A DNA stretch of 16,465 nucleotides from an uncultured Pseudomonadota bacterium (GCA_913020725.1 CAJWCD010000084.1:1-16465); one strand, 5' to 3'; positions 1 to 8,661 are shown, counted from the stretch's first letter. The notes: a model not told the origin generated them from the sequence alone. Numbers and translations are program-made.

Positions 1-406
1 CCGTCACGGCAACTCACCGAAACCCCGCACGCAGCGCCGCAAGCTACGCCGCCAAGGGCTGGAGTTCATCAAGCTTAAGAAGCCTCCCAGCAAGCGCATC
101 CGCAAGTTCAAGCGTGTGCTGCTTGGCAGCCGCAGCGCAACCTCGGACACCTTGAAGCACTGCTCGACGAGGTTGGACTGGAGCGCCTCGATTGTCATCA
201 TGACAAGATGCTGCTGGTCCTGTTTTTTACGCTTTTTCCCGCAGGGGCTGTAATGCGATTCTGGGGGTTGGCGCACGCACAGCGATTTCAGAACCCAACG
301 GGCGTATTCTTCTTGAGGGCCGGGGCTGCGGAAAGAATGAGTCTTGTTGCATCACAAGCCGTCTTGCTTCAACCCGCTTGAATTCAAAAACTTTTTCAGT
401 AAACCC
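1..406 (+). mobile_element. Degenerate 3' end of an IS (probably IS5-family DDE transposase) with putative right terminal inverted repeat
   Basis: Frame +2 is open from the window edge to TAA at 253 (…RRKLRRQGLEFIKLKKPPSKRIRKFKRVLLGSRSA…). Just after RSA, frame +1 reads GHL, resembling the RRSAIEPxxGHLK motif of IS5-type transposases with a small deletion. ACTTTTTCAGTAAACCC (390-406) followed by TA resembles IS5-type right ends. Confidence 0.45.
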
Positions 407-534
407 TATGCTCTGCCTAGATTGAAATTTAGAGTTTCACTTTATCAGGGTTTGAGAGAGCATGAGGGCAACCAAGGAGTGTTGCCATGCAGAAAAAGTA
501 CATTGTCCGCCTCACGAATGAGGAGCAGGAAAGG
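407..534 (+). mobile_element. 5' stub of an IS630-family element (transposase N-terminus only)
   Basis: AAGGAG RBS precedes ATG 487, which encodes MQKKYIVRLTNEEQER, the typical KKYIVRLTxEER start of IS630-family HTH ORFs. Similarity stops after about 16 codons. The left boundary at TA 407-408 is inferred from the IS630 TA target preference. Confidence 0.65.
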
Positions 535-891
535 AAGCCGGGGAGTTCGACGCCCGATGCACTTGAGCATCACGCCCGGCGGCAGAGTGTATGGACCGAA
601 TACGCCAACGACCGCATCCAGAAATTTGGAGAGAATGTGGGAAGTTCAAGGTCGAAGTTGTGGAGGTTGTGGTCGCTGAAGCGGTAGCTAACGGGAGAAA
701 CCGAAGCGATAACGTCACTGATCCCGTAGCGACCAACCCCCGGAAATGCCTTGGTTTCAAAGCACCCCATCAGGTATGATCCGGAATCAAACCACCTGTT
801 GCACCTACAAATTGAATCTGCGAGGGACAGCAATTCACGAGTGCAAGCGTCTGGCGGGCGCTCAACACAGTAAACCAGCAAGGAAAGGTAA

Positions 892-1851
892 ATGAAGTAC
901 TCCAAACGTGAGGCCAAGGACTACGCACGGGAACACATGCGGGGCATCTGGGCGGCAGCGCTGACGCCCTTCACGCCGGATTTTCAACTGGATGAAACGG
1001 GATTCCGCAACAACCTCCGGCATTGGGTTCAGGATTTAGGCATTGCGGGATTGTTCATTGCCGGAAAGCAGGGTGAGTTTTTCTCGATGTCGCTTGCAGA
1101 GCGCAAACGCACCTTCGAACTGGCTGTGGAGGAAACCCAGCAGCAGGGCGCGACGATCATGTCCTGTTCCGATCAAAACCTCGACACCGTGATCGAACTA
1201 GCGAAACATGCCCAGGCCATCGATGCGGATTACATCGTCGTTCACGCGCCGATCCTGCACTTTCTCAAGGACGTGGACGACACGCTTTACGGATACTACC
1301 GTCACCTCAGCGAGCAGGTGGACATCGGAATTGCCATGTGGAGCCACCCGGACAGCGGCTACCTGATGAGTCCAAAACTCTGCGCCCGCATTGCCGAATT
1401 GCCGAACATCGTCGCCATCAAATACAGTGTGCCTCGTGAAATGTACACGGAACTGACCCAACTCGCCGGAGATAAAATTCTGGTCAGCACCGCGTCCGAG
1501 GAAGCATGGCTTGACAACATCCTCGACCTCGGCTGGCAGCTCTACCTCTGCTCATCTCCGCCCTACCTGCTCCAGACCAAGGCAGATCGCCGGATGCACG
1601 AATACACCGAACTTGCCTTCCGGGGTGAATCTGCACAGGCCCGCACCGTCCGTGACAGTCTTGACCCCGTGCGCAATGCGCTCAAATCGACTCGCCCGGG
1701 TGGCAAGCCACAGGCGCACCAGAAGTATTGGCAGGAATTGCTGGGACAGGCCGGAGGTTCAGTTCGGCAACCGTTGCTACAACTCACCGAAGCGGAAAAA
1801 ACCGCAACCCGTGCAGCGTTTGCAGGGTGTGGGTTGTCGGTGGGAGGTTGA
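892..1851 (+). CDS. DapA/N-acetylneuraminate lyase superfamily class I aldolase (not a canonical DHDPS)
   Basis: 319 aa with RBS AAGGAAAGG. Motifs: GIWAAALTPF..D, GLFIAGKQGEFFSMS..ER, and the Schiff-base Lys in PNIVAIKYS. C-terminal G.VRQPL..L. Confidence 0.92.
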   Translation: MKYSKREAKDYAREHMRGIWAAALTPFTPDFQLDETGFRNNLRHWVQDLGIAGLFIAGKQGEFFSMSLAERKRTFELAVEETQQQGATIMSCSDQNLDTVIELAKHAQAIDADYIVVHAPILHFLKDVDDTLYGYYRHLSEQVDIGIAMWSHPDSGYLMSPKLCARIAELPNIVAIKYSVPREMYTELTQLAGDKILVSTASEEAWLDNILDLGWQLYLCSSPPYLLQTKADRRMHEYTELAFRGESAQARTVRDSLDPVRNALKSTRPGGKPQAHQKYWQELLGQAGGSVRQPLLQLTEAEKTATRAAFAGCGLSVGG

Positions 1852-1857
1852 ACGACC

Positions 1858-3522
1858 CTACGGTTTACGGTCAGGCCGCGAGAAATGCCCGAAGTCCCAG
1901 TCCTTGCCGGGTGCAGCGTTGAGCAGAGATTGGGTGTACTCGTGCTGAGAGTTGGTGAACACATCGTGAGTGAGCCCGTACTCGACAACCTTGCTTTGGC
2001 TCATCACGGCGACAGTGTCGCAGATTTGCGCGGCCACACGCAGGTCATGCGTGATGAAGAGCACCGCGAGGTTGAAGCGTTTCCGGACATCATCGAGCAA
2101 CTTGAGGACTTGGGCCTGCACCGAAACATCCAGTGCCGAAACGGCTTCGTCCGCAATCAAGACTTCTGGCTCCATCGTCAGGGCGCGGGCAATGCAGATG
2201 CGCTGGCGTTGTCCTCCAGAAAACTGATGTGGAAAACGATCCAGTGCGTTGGGGTCGAGTTGCACGAGTTCCATCAGGGACCGTGCCCGTTTGAGTGCTT
2301 CCTCTTTAGGAAGTCCATAGTTGGTTGCGCCTTCGATGATGGAGTCCCCCACCACCCGACGCGGGTTGAGCGAGCGATACGGATCCTGAAAGATGATCTG
2401 GATGCGGCGGCGGTAGGGACGCAGTTGTCCCGTCCGGAGTTGTCCGATTTCGTCGCCGCCCAGAAAAATCTCACCGCTGGTGGGGTCAATCAGACGGGCG
2501 ATGCAGCGGGCGACCGTGGTTTTTCCTGAGCCGGATTCTCCGACGATTCCGAGGGTCTCTCCCCTCCTCACCTCAAGATCAACCTGCTGTACCGCATGAA
2601 CGGTGCGGGTGCTCCGGAAAAGTGCGCGTTCGCTGTAAGTCTTGGAAAGTCCGGAGGTGTTCAGCACCACCTGCGCGGACGCATCCCGTTCCCGTTGGCT
2701 GGGTGTCATGCTCGGCACCGAGCCGATCAACATGCGTGTGTAGGCGTGTTGCGGATTGGAAAGCACCTGCTTGGCTTCCCCAAACTCAACCACCTTGCCC
2801 CATTGCATCACGGCCACACGGTCAGCAATTTCCGCGACCACTCCAAAGTCATGGGTGATGAACAAGACCCCGGTCTGGTAATCCCGCTGGATGTCCCGGA
2901 TGAGTTGGAGGATGCTCGCCTGCGTGGTCACGTCGAGCGCGGTGGTCGGCTCGTCTGCAATCAGCAAAACGGGTTCCAGCACAAGCGCCATCGCGATCAT
3001 GATGCGCTGGCGCTGCCCTCCGGAAAGCTGATGCGGGTAGGTGTTGATCAGACGCTTCGGCTCCGGCAACCGGACTTCTTCCATGATCCGGATGATCCGC
3101 TTGGCGCGTTCTTTTTTGTTGAGACGAGTGTGGGTGCGTAGCACCTCGTCAATCTGATCCCCGCAGCGCATCACGGGGTTGAGCGCGGTCATCGGCTCCT
3201 GAAAAATCATGGCCATGCTGGTGCAGCGCAAATCCCGCAACCGCTCCTCGTTGGCTTCCAACAGATTCTCGTCTTGCAGCAGGATGCGTCCGGAGACCGG
3301 AGTGAGTTGCCCCTTGGGCAGCAGCCCCATGATGCTCAGTCCAGTCACTGATTTTCCGGAACCGGATTCGCCGACGATGCAGAGGATTTCTCCAGGGCGC
3401 ACCTCAAGGTTGACGTTTTCAACAGCGTGTTGCCGATCCGCCCCCTTGGGCAGTTCAACGCTGAGGTTATCGATCTTGAGGACCGGTTGCACACCCTTGC
3501 CTGCGTTGGAGCCTGTCATCAC
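1858..3522 (-). CDS. Peptide/nickel (Dpp/Opp) ABC transporter ATP-binding protein with two fused NBDs
   Basis: 554 aa with two Walker A motifs ([16 protein letters not shown]), two signatures ([24 protein letters not shown]), two Walker B motifs ([22 protein letters not shown]) and two FITHD switches. Confidence 0.97.
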   Translation of the reverse strand: MMTGSNAGKGVQPVLKIDNLSVELPKGADRQHAVENVNLEVRPGEILCIVGESGSGKSVTGLSIMGLLPKGQLTPVSGRILLQDENLLEANEERLRDLRCTSMAMIFQEPMTALNPVMRCGDQIDEVLRTHTRLNKKERAKRIIRIMEEVRLPEPKRLINTYPHQLSGGQRQRIMIAMALVLEPVLLIADEPTTALDVTTQASILQLIRDIQRDYQTGVLFITHDFGVVAEIADRVAVMQWGKVVEFGEAKQVLSNPQHAYTRMLIGSVPSMTPSQRERDASAQVVLNTSGLSKTYSERALFRSTRTVHAVQQVDLEVRRGETLGIVGESGSGKTTVARCIARLIDPTSGEIFLGGDEIGQLRTGQLRPYRRRIQIIFQDPYRSLNPRRVVGDSIIEGATNYGLPKEEALKRARSLMELVQLDPNALDRFPHQFSGGQRQRICIARALTMEPEVLIADEAVSALDVSVQAQVLKLLDDVRKRFNLAVLFITHDLRVAAQICDTVAVMSQSKVVEYGLTHDVFTNSQHEYTQSLLNAAPGKDWDFGHFSRPDRKP

Positions 3523-3524
3523 TC

Positions 3525-4475
3525 TCAGCCCAAGCGTTTTGCCATGCGCGGGTCAAGCGTGTCGCGCAAGCCGTCGCCCAACACATTGACCGCGAGAATG
3601 GTGAGCGCGAGAAAGATGCCGGGGTAGAGCAAATTGTGGGGAAAGATCTGGAACAGAATCCGGCCCTCGGCCATGATGTTGCCCCACGTTGGAGTTTCCG
3701 GAGGAATGCCCACGCCCAAAAAACTGAGGATGGCTTCCACCAGAATCGCGGAGGCACAAATGTAGGTGCCCTGCACGATCAGCGGGGCGATGGTGTTCGG
3801 TAGCACATGCCGGATGAGGATCAGCGGCACGGAGGTGCCCACAGAAATCGCCGCTTCCACATAGGGTTCCTCCCGGATCGAAAGCACAATGGCACGCACA
3901 AGGCGCACCACCCTTGGGATTTCAGGAATGAAGATCGCAAAGATGACGGTGCCTATACCTGCGTTGAACAAGGACATCAGCGCAATCGCAAGCAGGATGC
4001 CCGGAATCGCCATCAGCCCGTCCATCACGCGCATGACAATGCCGTCCAGCCAACGGATGTAGCCGGAAACCAAACCGATCGCAAGACCAACAGCGATGCT
4101 CAAAATGGCCACCACCAATCCGACCACGAGTGAAATTTGGCTACCGTAAAGCACACGGCTGTAGACATCGCGTCCGAGCATGTCGGTTCCCATCCAGTGA
4201 GTGATCGGTACCTCACTGCCGTCTTCCAGTCGCAGCATACGCTCAGTGCCCGGAACCTTGTTGCGATAAATGGGATCAATGTTGCTGGGATCAATCGTGC
4301 CCAAAAACGGAGCCAGCAGGGCGGTCAAAAACATCACCGCCAACACCGCACCGCCAAAACAGACGCTGGGATTGTGCAACAGCAGTTGCCAGATTGTGCG
4401 GGGTCGAGACGCTGCCGCCGCACTGGCCGCACTGTCCACCTCGAAGTCAGGCGGGGATTCCTCAAGCGTACTCAA
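3525..4475 (-). CDS. dppC: Dpp/Opp ABC transporter permease (DppC/OppC type)
   Basis: 316 aa, hydrophobic. Motifs HWMGTDMLGRDVYSRVLYG, EAA loop YVEAAISVG, RHVLPN and NVLGDGLRDTLDP. Overlaps the upstream permease by 4 bp. Confidence 0.95.
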   Translation of the reverse strand: MSTLEESPPDFEVDSAASAAAASRPRTIWQLLLHNPSVCFGGAVLAVMFLTALLAPFLGTIDPSNIDPIYRNKVPGTERMLRLEDGSEVPITHWMGTDMLGRDVYSRVLYGSQISLVVGLVVAILSIAVGLAIGLVSGYIRWLDGIVMRVMDGLMAIPGILLAIALMSLFNAGIGTVIFAIFIPEIPRVVRLVRAIVLSIREEPYVEAAISVGTSVPLILIRHVLPNTIAPLIVQGTYICASAILVEAILSFLGVGIPPETPTWGNIMAEGRILFQIFPHNLLYPGIFLALTILAVNVLGDGLRDTLDPRMAKRLG

Positions 4476-5413
4476 TACCGGATCCTCGGGTCGAGCAGGG
4501 TGTAGGAGAGATCAATCAAGAGGTTGATCACCACATAGACGCAGGAAAACACAAGGATCAATGCCTGAATTGTGGGGTAATCCCGGCCCAGCACGGCATC
4601 CACCGTGAGCCGTCCCAAACCCGGAATATTGTACACGCTCTCGGTCACAACCACTCCGCCAATCAGCAGGCCGATGCCGATGCCCGTGATGGTGACAATC
4701 GGGACCGCTGCGTTGCGCAAGGCGTGGCGCATCAACACCACCATGTTGCTCAAACCCTTGGCGTAGGCAGTGCGGATGTAATCCTCATTCAGCACCTCGA
4801 TGACGCTGGCGCGAGTCATGCGGGCGATGAGCGCGATGTAGATGACTCCGAGAGAGAAACTTGGCAGGATCAGATGATGCAGGAACGGCCAGAAGCCATC
4901 TCCAATCTTCTTGAAGCCCTGCACGGGAAACCACCTGAGATTCACCGAGAAAACGAAGATGAGAAAATATCCCAACACAAAAATAGGCACAGAGAACCCC
5001 AGCACGGAAAAGCCCATCACCAGCCGATCCACCCACGAGCCCTGTCGGTAGGCAGCCAGCACTCCAAGCGGAATCGCAACTGCAAGCGTGAAAATCAGCG
5101 TCACGGTGGCCAGTGAGAGGGTCGCTTCCACACGCATGGCGATCAGTTCGGTCACCTTCTTGTTGAAGAAGAAAGACTCGCCTAAATCACCTTGCAGGAT
5201 ATTTCCCAACCAAATGAACAGTTGGGTCGGTATCGGTTCGTTCAGACCCAACGACTCCCGAATGGCCTCGATTTGATACGGCTCCCCGTTGTCTCCCGCT
5301 AAAATAGCAGCGGGGTCTCCCGGCGTGAGCCGCAGCATGAAGAAGACGAAGAGGGCCACCATGCCGAGGACCGGGATGGTGGCAAGTAAGCGACGGACGA
5401 GAAAACCAAACAT
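4472..5413 (-). CDS. dppB: Dpp/Opp ABC transporter permease (DppB/OppB type)
   Basis: 313 aa. Motifs PGDPA, GDLGES, DYIRTAYAKGL, RHALRNA, PGLGRL, RDYP and LDPRIRY. Confidence 0.95.
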   Translation of the reverse strand: MFGFLVRRLLATIPVLGMVALFVFFMLRLTPGDPAAILAGDNGEPYQIEAIRESLGLNEPIPTQLFIWLGNILQGDLGESFFFNKKVTELIAMRVEATLSLATVTLIFTLAVAIPLGVLAAYRQGSWVDRLVMGFSVLGFSVPIFVLGYFLIFVFSVNLRWFPVQGFKKIGDGFWPFLHHLILPSFSLGVIYIALIARMTRASVIEVLNEDYIRTAYAKGLSNMVVLMRHALRNAAVPIVTITGIGIGLLIGGVVVTESVYNIPGLGRLTVDAVLGRDYPTIQALILVFSCVYVVINLLIDLSYTLLDPRIRY

Positions 5414-5452
5414 GGCCCGTTACAGCCTCTTCGTAAGGAACTCTGGAGGGCA

Positions 5453-7033
5453 TTACTTGGAAATGCCCCACTGCACCGGTAGCGGAGCGTCCGGAACATT
5501 GGAGATCAGATCCTTACGCCACGCCGTGACTCCCAACCACTGACCGGCGTGTCCGTGAGTGCCAAATTCCATGGCCCGCACCTGAATCGCCTCGGCGATG
5601 GCCTTTTGTTGCGCCGGATCTGGCTCCTCGGCAAAAGCCTTGCGTAGCACCTCCATGTTGGGGATGTCGCAGGGCCAGCCGAACCACGCCTTGTTACAGT
5701 TTGCCCGGTAACCTGCTGCCATGATAGGATTCAGGATGTCCAGAGATTGCCAGGAAGTCATGAAGATGTTCCAGCCGACCTTCCCCGGAGCATCCTTCTT
5801 GGAACGCCGGGACACGAGGGTCTGCCAGTCCATCGACTGCATGTCCACCTTGAAGCCGCCGCGTTCCAGGTTCTGCTTGGCCACGGGAGCCAGATTGGCA
5901 AGGACATTCAGGTCGGTGGAGTGCATCAACACAATCGGCGTGCCGTCATAGCCTGCTTCCTTCAGCAGTGCTTTCGACTTGGCGTAGTCCGAGCGCATCA
6001 TGATCTCCGCGCCCTTGTCCGTCGCCAGCGGAGTGTCGCAGAAGAACATCGCCGCGCACTCCTTGTAATACTTCGGATTGCCGATCACTCCTTGCAGAAA
6101 GTCCTTCTGATTGACCGCCCACATGGCAGCGCGGCGCATCCGGACATCGTCAAACGGCGGGTGCAGGTGGTTCATCCGGTACATGTACTGATTTCCCAGC
6201 GGATTCAGCACCGCAGTCTGGACATTCGGGTCCGATTCCAGCAACGGGAGCAAGTCATGCGGCACCGATTCCATATAATCAATCTCGCCAGCAAGCAGTG
6301 CGCTTACGGCGGTCTGATGGTCCTTGATGGAAATCCACTCCACGCGGTCCACATTCACCGCTTTGCTGCCCGCCATCCAACTCGACGGCTCACTGCGCGC
6401 CTTGTAGTTCGGGTTCTTCACAAACACCGTGCGGTCGCCAGGTTTCCACTCATCTTCCTTGAAGATGAAGGGTCCGGAACCCGTGTGGTCCTTGATCTGC
6501 TCGTCTGCCGGGGTGTCGGCCACGCGCTTGGGCATGATGAAAGGCACATTGGAACTCGGCTTCGACAGCGCATCCAGCACCAACCCGAACGGCTTTTTCA
6601 AGACCAATTTCATGGTCTTGTCATTGACTGCGCTCAAATTGGCAGTGTATTCCATCAACATCTGGCCCATGCCGTCTTTTTTCCCCCATCGTTTGAGAGA
6701 AGCCACAGCATCTGCGGCGGTCACGGGTGCACCGTCGTGGAACATCAGTCCCTCGCGCAAAGTCATGGTGTAGGTGAGCTTGTCGTCACTCACCGAATAA
6801 TCCTCCACCATCTGCGGCTGAATGTGCAGTTTGCTGTCGAGTGCAAACAGGGTGTCGTACACCATGTACCCGTAGTTGCGGGACATGTAGGCGGTGGTCC
6901 AGACCGGGTCAACGATCTTCAGGTCCGAGTGCATCACCACTCGGAGGGTGGTCTCTGCCGACACTGGATTCACGGCGAACAACGACGCGCAAAACGCAAG
7001 TGCAATGGCAAGGATCGCGGGTTTTTTGAACAT
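5453..7033 (-). CDS. ABC transporter substrate-binding protein, family 5 (NikA/DppA/OppA-like)
   Basis: Start moved to ATG 7033, which has AAGGAG 7 nt upstream. Sec-type signal peptide MFKKPAILAIALAFCASLFAVNPVSA. Motifs VYDTLF, LREGLMFHDGAPVTAADAVASLKRW, GSGPF and HPPFDDVRMRRA. Confidence 0.95.
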   Translation of the reverse strand: MFKKPAILAIALAFCASLFAVNPVSAETTLRVVMHSDLKIVDPVWTTAYMSRNYGYMVYDTLFALDSKLHIQPQMVEDYSVSDDKLTYTMTLREGLMFHDGAPVTAADAVASLKRWGKKDGMGQMLMEYTANLSAVNDKTMKLVLKKPFGLVLDALSKPSSNVPFIMPKRVADTPADEQIKDHTGSGPFIFKEDEWKPGDRTVFVKNPNYKARSEPSSWMAGSKAVNVDRVEWISIKDHQTAVSALLAGEIDYMESVPHDLLPLLESDPNVQTAVLNPLGNQYMYRMNHLHPPFDDVRMRRAAMWAVNQKDFLQGVIGNPKYYKECAAMFFCDTPLATDKGAEIMMRSDYAKSKALLKEAGYDGTPIVLMHSTDLNVLANLAPVAKQNLERGGFKVDMQSMDWQTLVSRRSKKDAPGKVGWNIFMTSWQSLDILNPIMAAGYRANCNKAWFGWPCDIPNMEVLRKAFAEEPDPAQQKAIAEAIQVRAMEFGTHGHAGQWLGVTAWRKDLISNVPDAPLPVQWGISK

Positions 7034-7129
7034 GATCATACTCCTTGTTGAGGTTAAGAATTCAGGAAGCAAACGCCAACCTGAAGGACAAAAGCCCCGG
7101 CCAAGACCGAAAACTTCGGCTTTTGATTA

Positions 7130-7158
7130 GGAATACCACCTTGATTTGAGCAAGTCAA
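7130..7158 (-). promoter_or_regulatory. Putative sigma70 promoter of the ABC operon overlapped by an imperfect palindrome
   Basis: Minus strand reads TTGACT (7158-7153), 17 nt, then TATTCC (7135-7130) with a TGn extension. TTGATTTG-AG-CAAGTCAA (7141-7158) is a 7/8 inverted repeat over the -35 and spacer. Confidence 0.55.
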
Positions 7159-7276
7159 CGGGAAATCGACCGGGACAACAATTCCAGTTTGAGCGCCCTG
7201 GCAGGGCATGGTTCAATCGGACTTGACTCTCGGTGGAACGCGGTCGTCATACAAAACCTTGCTCGATGGAGAAACG

Positions 7277-7362
7277 ATGGACTTTGTGACAGTATCCCGA
7301 AATTTCAAGTGGTGATTCCCCGTGCGATTCGCCAAGCACTCGGCTTGCGTCCAAGGCAAATA
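7277..7362 (+). pseudogene. AbrB/MazE/SpoVT-family antitoxin-like DNA-binding protein, frameshifted and 3'-truncated
   Basis: GGAG RBS then ATG 7277. Reads MDFVTVS, then after a 1-nt frameshift in the C run near 7295-7298 reads PKFQVVIPRAIRQALGLRPRQ. Together these give the typical MxxVTVSPKFQVVIPxxIRxxLGLxPGQ N-terminus. No toxin gene follows. Confidence 0.8.
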
Positions 7363-7382
7363 ATTTCGCAGTTGCACCTTTT

Positions 7383-7961
7383 TCACTCAATGCCCTCGCG
7401 TCGGTAATACGGCGTGAACCACTGCGGGTCGGAGCGGAACCGCACCTGCCCATCCGGAGTGAGGCGGGCGGTGGCACGGCGTGACGCGAAGCAGAAGGTG
7501 TGGATCGCAACCGGCATCCCGCCGGTGTGGGCATAGGCGATTTCAATGTGCGTGTCCACCACCATTCGCAAAGCCCGTTCCAGCGCCGCAAAGCCCCCTT
7601 CAAGGCGACAGTCGTTGCCCATTTTCACGAAGTAACGTGGCAGTCCGGTGTCGCCGCACATGGGACGCTTGTCCTCGACCGCGGCTTCGTAGTTGCAGCC
7701 GATCTGCTCCAGCACATACTTCGAGAGCGGGTTGGTTTCGTGTTCCGCCATTTTCACCACACTTTTCCGAAAATCCTCCGGAATGGCGATGGCCGCCCGC
7801 CACATCAATTCCCTCGCCGTCTCCTCGATCAAACCACTGGAAACCACCCCGGTTTCGATAGCACGGGGGTTCGTCCCCGCATCGGCTCCGAGAATTCCAC
7901 TGGTAGCGTGGGGCGGCGCACCCGCGACTGAACTTGATTCAGAAAAAACGACGGAGGGCAT
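7383..7961 (-). pseudogene. Class I Fe-S fumarate hydratase / L-tartrate dehydratase alpha subunit (TtdA-like) with a large in-frame internal deletion
   Basis: Likely start is ATG 7961 (MPSVV), giving 192 aa. It has the N-terminal block AAIAIPED…RPMCGDTGLP (CQDTG equivalent) and the C-terminal block VVDTHIEIAYAHTGGMPVAIHTFCFASRR. The central segment expected in ~300-aa members (LRxN, KGG, middle Cys CxP, GVGIGG) is absent. Confidence 0.8.
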
Positions 7962-8661
7962 GGCGCACCTGTTGGCGTTTGAGTTTTTGGATGGCGCGGG
8001 TCGGGGAAATCCCCATCGGACAGGCGTCGGTGCAGTTGAACTGCGTGTGACAGCCCCAAACCCCGTCATGCGAATTGAGGCGGTTCAACCGTTCTGCGGT
8101 CGCTCCATCCCGCGAATCGCAGTTGGCAGTGAAGGCGCGGTTGAGCGCGGCGGGTCCGAGGTAGTCCGGATTGGCGCCCACGAGGCTGCACGAACCGAAA
8201 CAGTTCCCGCAGGTGATGCACTCGATGTGCGGATTGATCTCACGCCGTTCCTTGGAATCCGGACGAATTCGTGCGAAGCCCTCCCGTGTCGGATTTTGCG
8301 GAACGAACTGCGGCAGCATCTTGCGATAATTCTCGAAAAAGGGCGTCATGTCCACCGCCAAATCCCGAATCACGGGATAGTTCGGTAGCGGCTCCAGCGT
8401 CAAGCCCTGCTTCCGGAACGGCTCTGCCGGAGTGCGACAGGTCCAGCGGTTCTTGCCGTTGACACGCATCGAGCAGGTTCCACACATGCCGGCGCGGCAA
8501 GAGTAGCGGAATCCAAGCGTGGAGTCGTGATCGCTCTGAATGTGGGTCAGCACATCCAGCACGCTCATGCGGGATGCACACGGCACCACAAAGGCTTGGA
8601 AGGTTGCGGGCGCATCCGGACCTGTGGAGCGCAGCACTTTGACGGAAAGCGTGTCGGTCAT
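7939..8661 (-). CDS. Succinate dehydrogenase/fumarate reductase iron-sulfur subunit (SdhB/FrdB family)
   Basis: Likely start is ATG 8661 (MTDTL). [2Fe-2S] motif SCRAGMCGTCSM.VNG…WTC, then LEPL…VIRDLAVD, CITCGNCFGSC, YLGPAAL and GCHTQFNCTDACPMGI. Confidence 0.93.
   Translation of the reverse strand: MTDTLSVKVLRSTGPDAPATFQAFVVPCASRMSVLDVLTHIQSDHDSTLGFRYSCRAGMCGTCSMRVNGKNRWTCRTPAEPFRKQGLTLEPLPNYPVIRDLAVDMTPFFENYRKMLPQFVPQNPTREGFARIRPDSKERREINPHIECITCGNCFGSCSLVGANPDYLGPAALNRAFTANCDSRDGATAERLNRLNSHDGVWGCHTQFNCTDACPMGISPTRAIQKLKRQQVRHALRRFF

Noticed and set aside
799..846. Integron attC site
   Set aside because: There are no properly placed RYYYAAC/GTTRRRY boxes and no integrase or cassette array.
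344..917. Overlapping short ORFs (344-679, 512-760, 570-917, 591-779) as real genes
   Set aside because: They cross IS-remnant junctions and lack coherent family motifs.
892..1851. Calling the gene dapA
   Set aside because: The catalytic Thr/Tyr/Tyr residues of DHDPS are not conserved.
1885..5116. Several 100-240 aa + strand ORFs opposite the ABC genes
   Set aside because: Antisense shadows of well-supported - strand genes.
5747..7051. 434-aa ORF on the + strand
   Set aside because: It is the antisense shadow of the substrate-binding protein gene, with no recognisable motifs. Such shadows are common in GC-rich coding DNA.
7090..7124. AAAAGCC…GGCTTTT inverted repeat in the ABC operon leader as a riboswitch or terminator
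   Set aside because: The stem is short with a large loop and no recognisable riboswitch motif. A leader structure is possible but unsupported.
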